Origin: a virus
Length of the DNA: 64,000 bases
Strand: one strand, 5' to 3'
Virus record (IMG/VR): IMGVR_UViG_3300046003_007336
Location: 96,001 to 160,000 of that record
In this document: in pieces, positions 63,865 to 64,000 of the stretch
How the letters are laid out: every line of letters starts with the position of its first letter
Numbering within the stretch: position 1 is the first letter of the stretch
Notes under the pieces: model-generated
What the model was told of the DNA's origin: nothing
The model's database searches: none
The model's input: the letters and a program-made list of their open reading frames with translations, nothing else
Position numbers and translations under genes: made by a program

Positions 63865-64000
63865 GGGGTTTAGAACACGTCCGAAAATATAAGGCGAAAC
63901 TCTATCTCGGCCGCAGCAGTCTGCGCGGCGACGATGAGGGGCCATCGTGAATTCGTGACGGTGAGTTGGGGATGCTGCTCAGCAAAACGGGCGGCCTCGC

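Noticed and set aside
1-64000. CRISPR array, tRNA or rRNA genes
   Set aside because: No regularly spaced repeat-spacer series and no cloverleaf with a canonical T-loop found by eye; tRNAscan-SE and a CRISPR finder would confirm.
1-64000. Stop-codon reassignment, as in some jumbo phages
   Set aside because: Conserved genes are full length under the standard code, and TAA, TAG and TGA all terminate genes.

Overview
A 64-kb segment of a large, GC-rich (roughly 60% by eye), T4-related jumbo-type myophage genome; the host is possibly an alphaproteobacterium (inferred only). It carries a T4-like head operon on the minus strand (portal, prohead protease, scaffold, major capsid protein), a tape-measure-like gene divergent from a gp26/gp51-like tail chaperone with a -1 slippery site, two very long repetitive tail fibres, a GH19-type endolysin, replication and nucleotide-metabolism genes (clamp loader, thymidine kinase, HAD nucleotidase, MazG, NUDIX, RNase H, PhoH), GroES, HNH and GIY-YIG nucleases and many small unknown ORFs. 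The most striking unexplained signals: (1) two tandem 71-aa proteins behind the clamp loader that are stand-alone copies of the phage's own portal clip domain (19/26 identical residues for the first); (2) ten late genes whose ATG lies 4-5 nt after a TAAATA late promoter, implying leaderless mRNAs, several with T4-like capsid-targeting N-termini; (3) a hairpin-dense non-coding tract next to two perfect DnaA boxes; (4) a dispersed family of small proteins sharing a C-terminal F-x4-D-x3-F-x-L motif; (5) a truncated GlyRS-like enzyme, a CoaB-like/class II aldolase fusion and a possible RuvC-less TnpB derivative. No tRNA, rRNA, CRISPR array or reverse transcriptase was seen. All family assignments come from motif recognition by eye; no searches were run.
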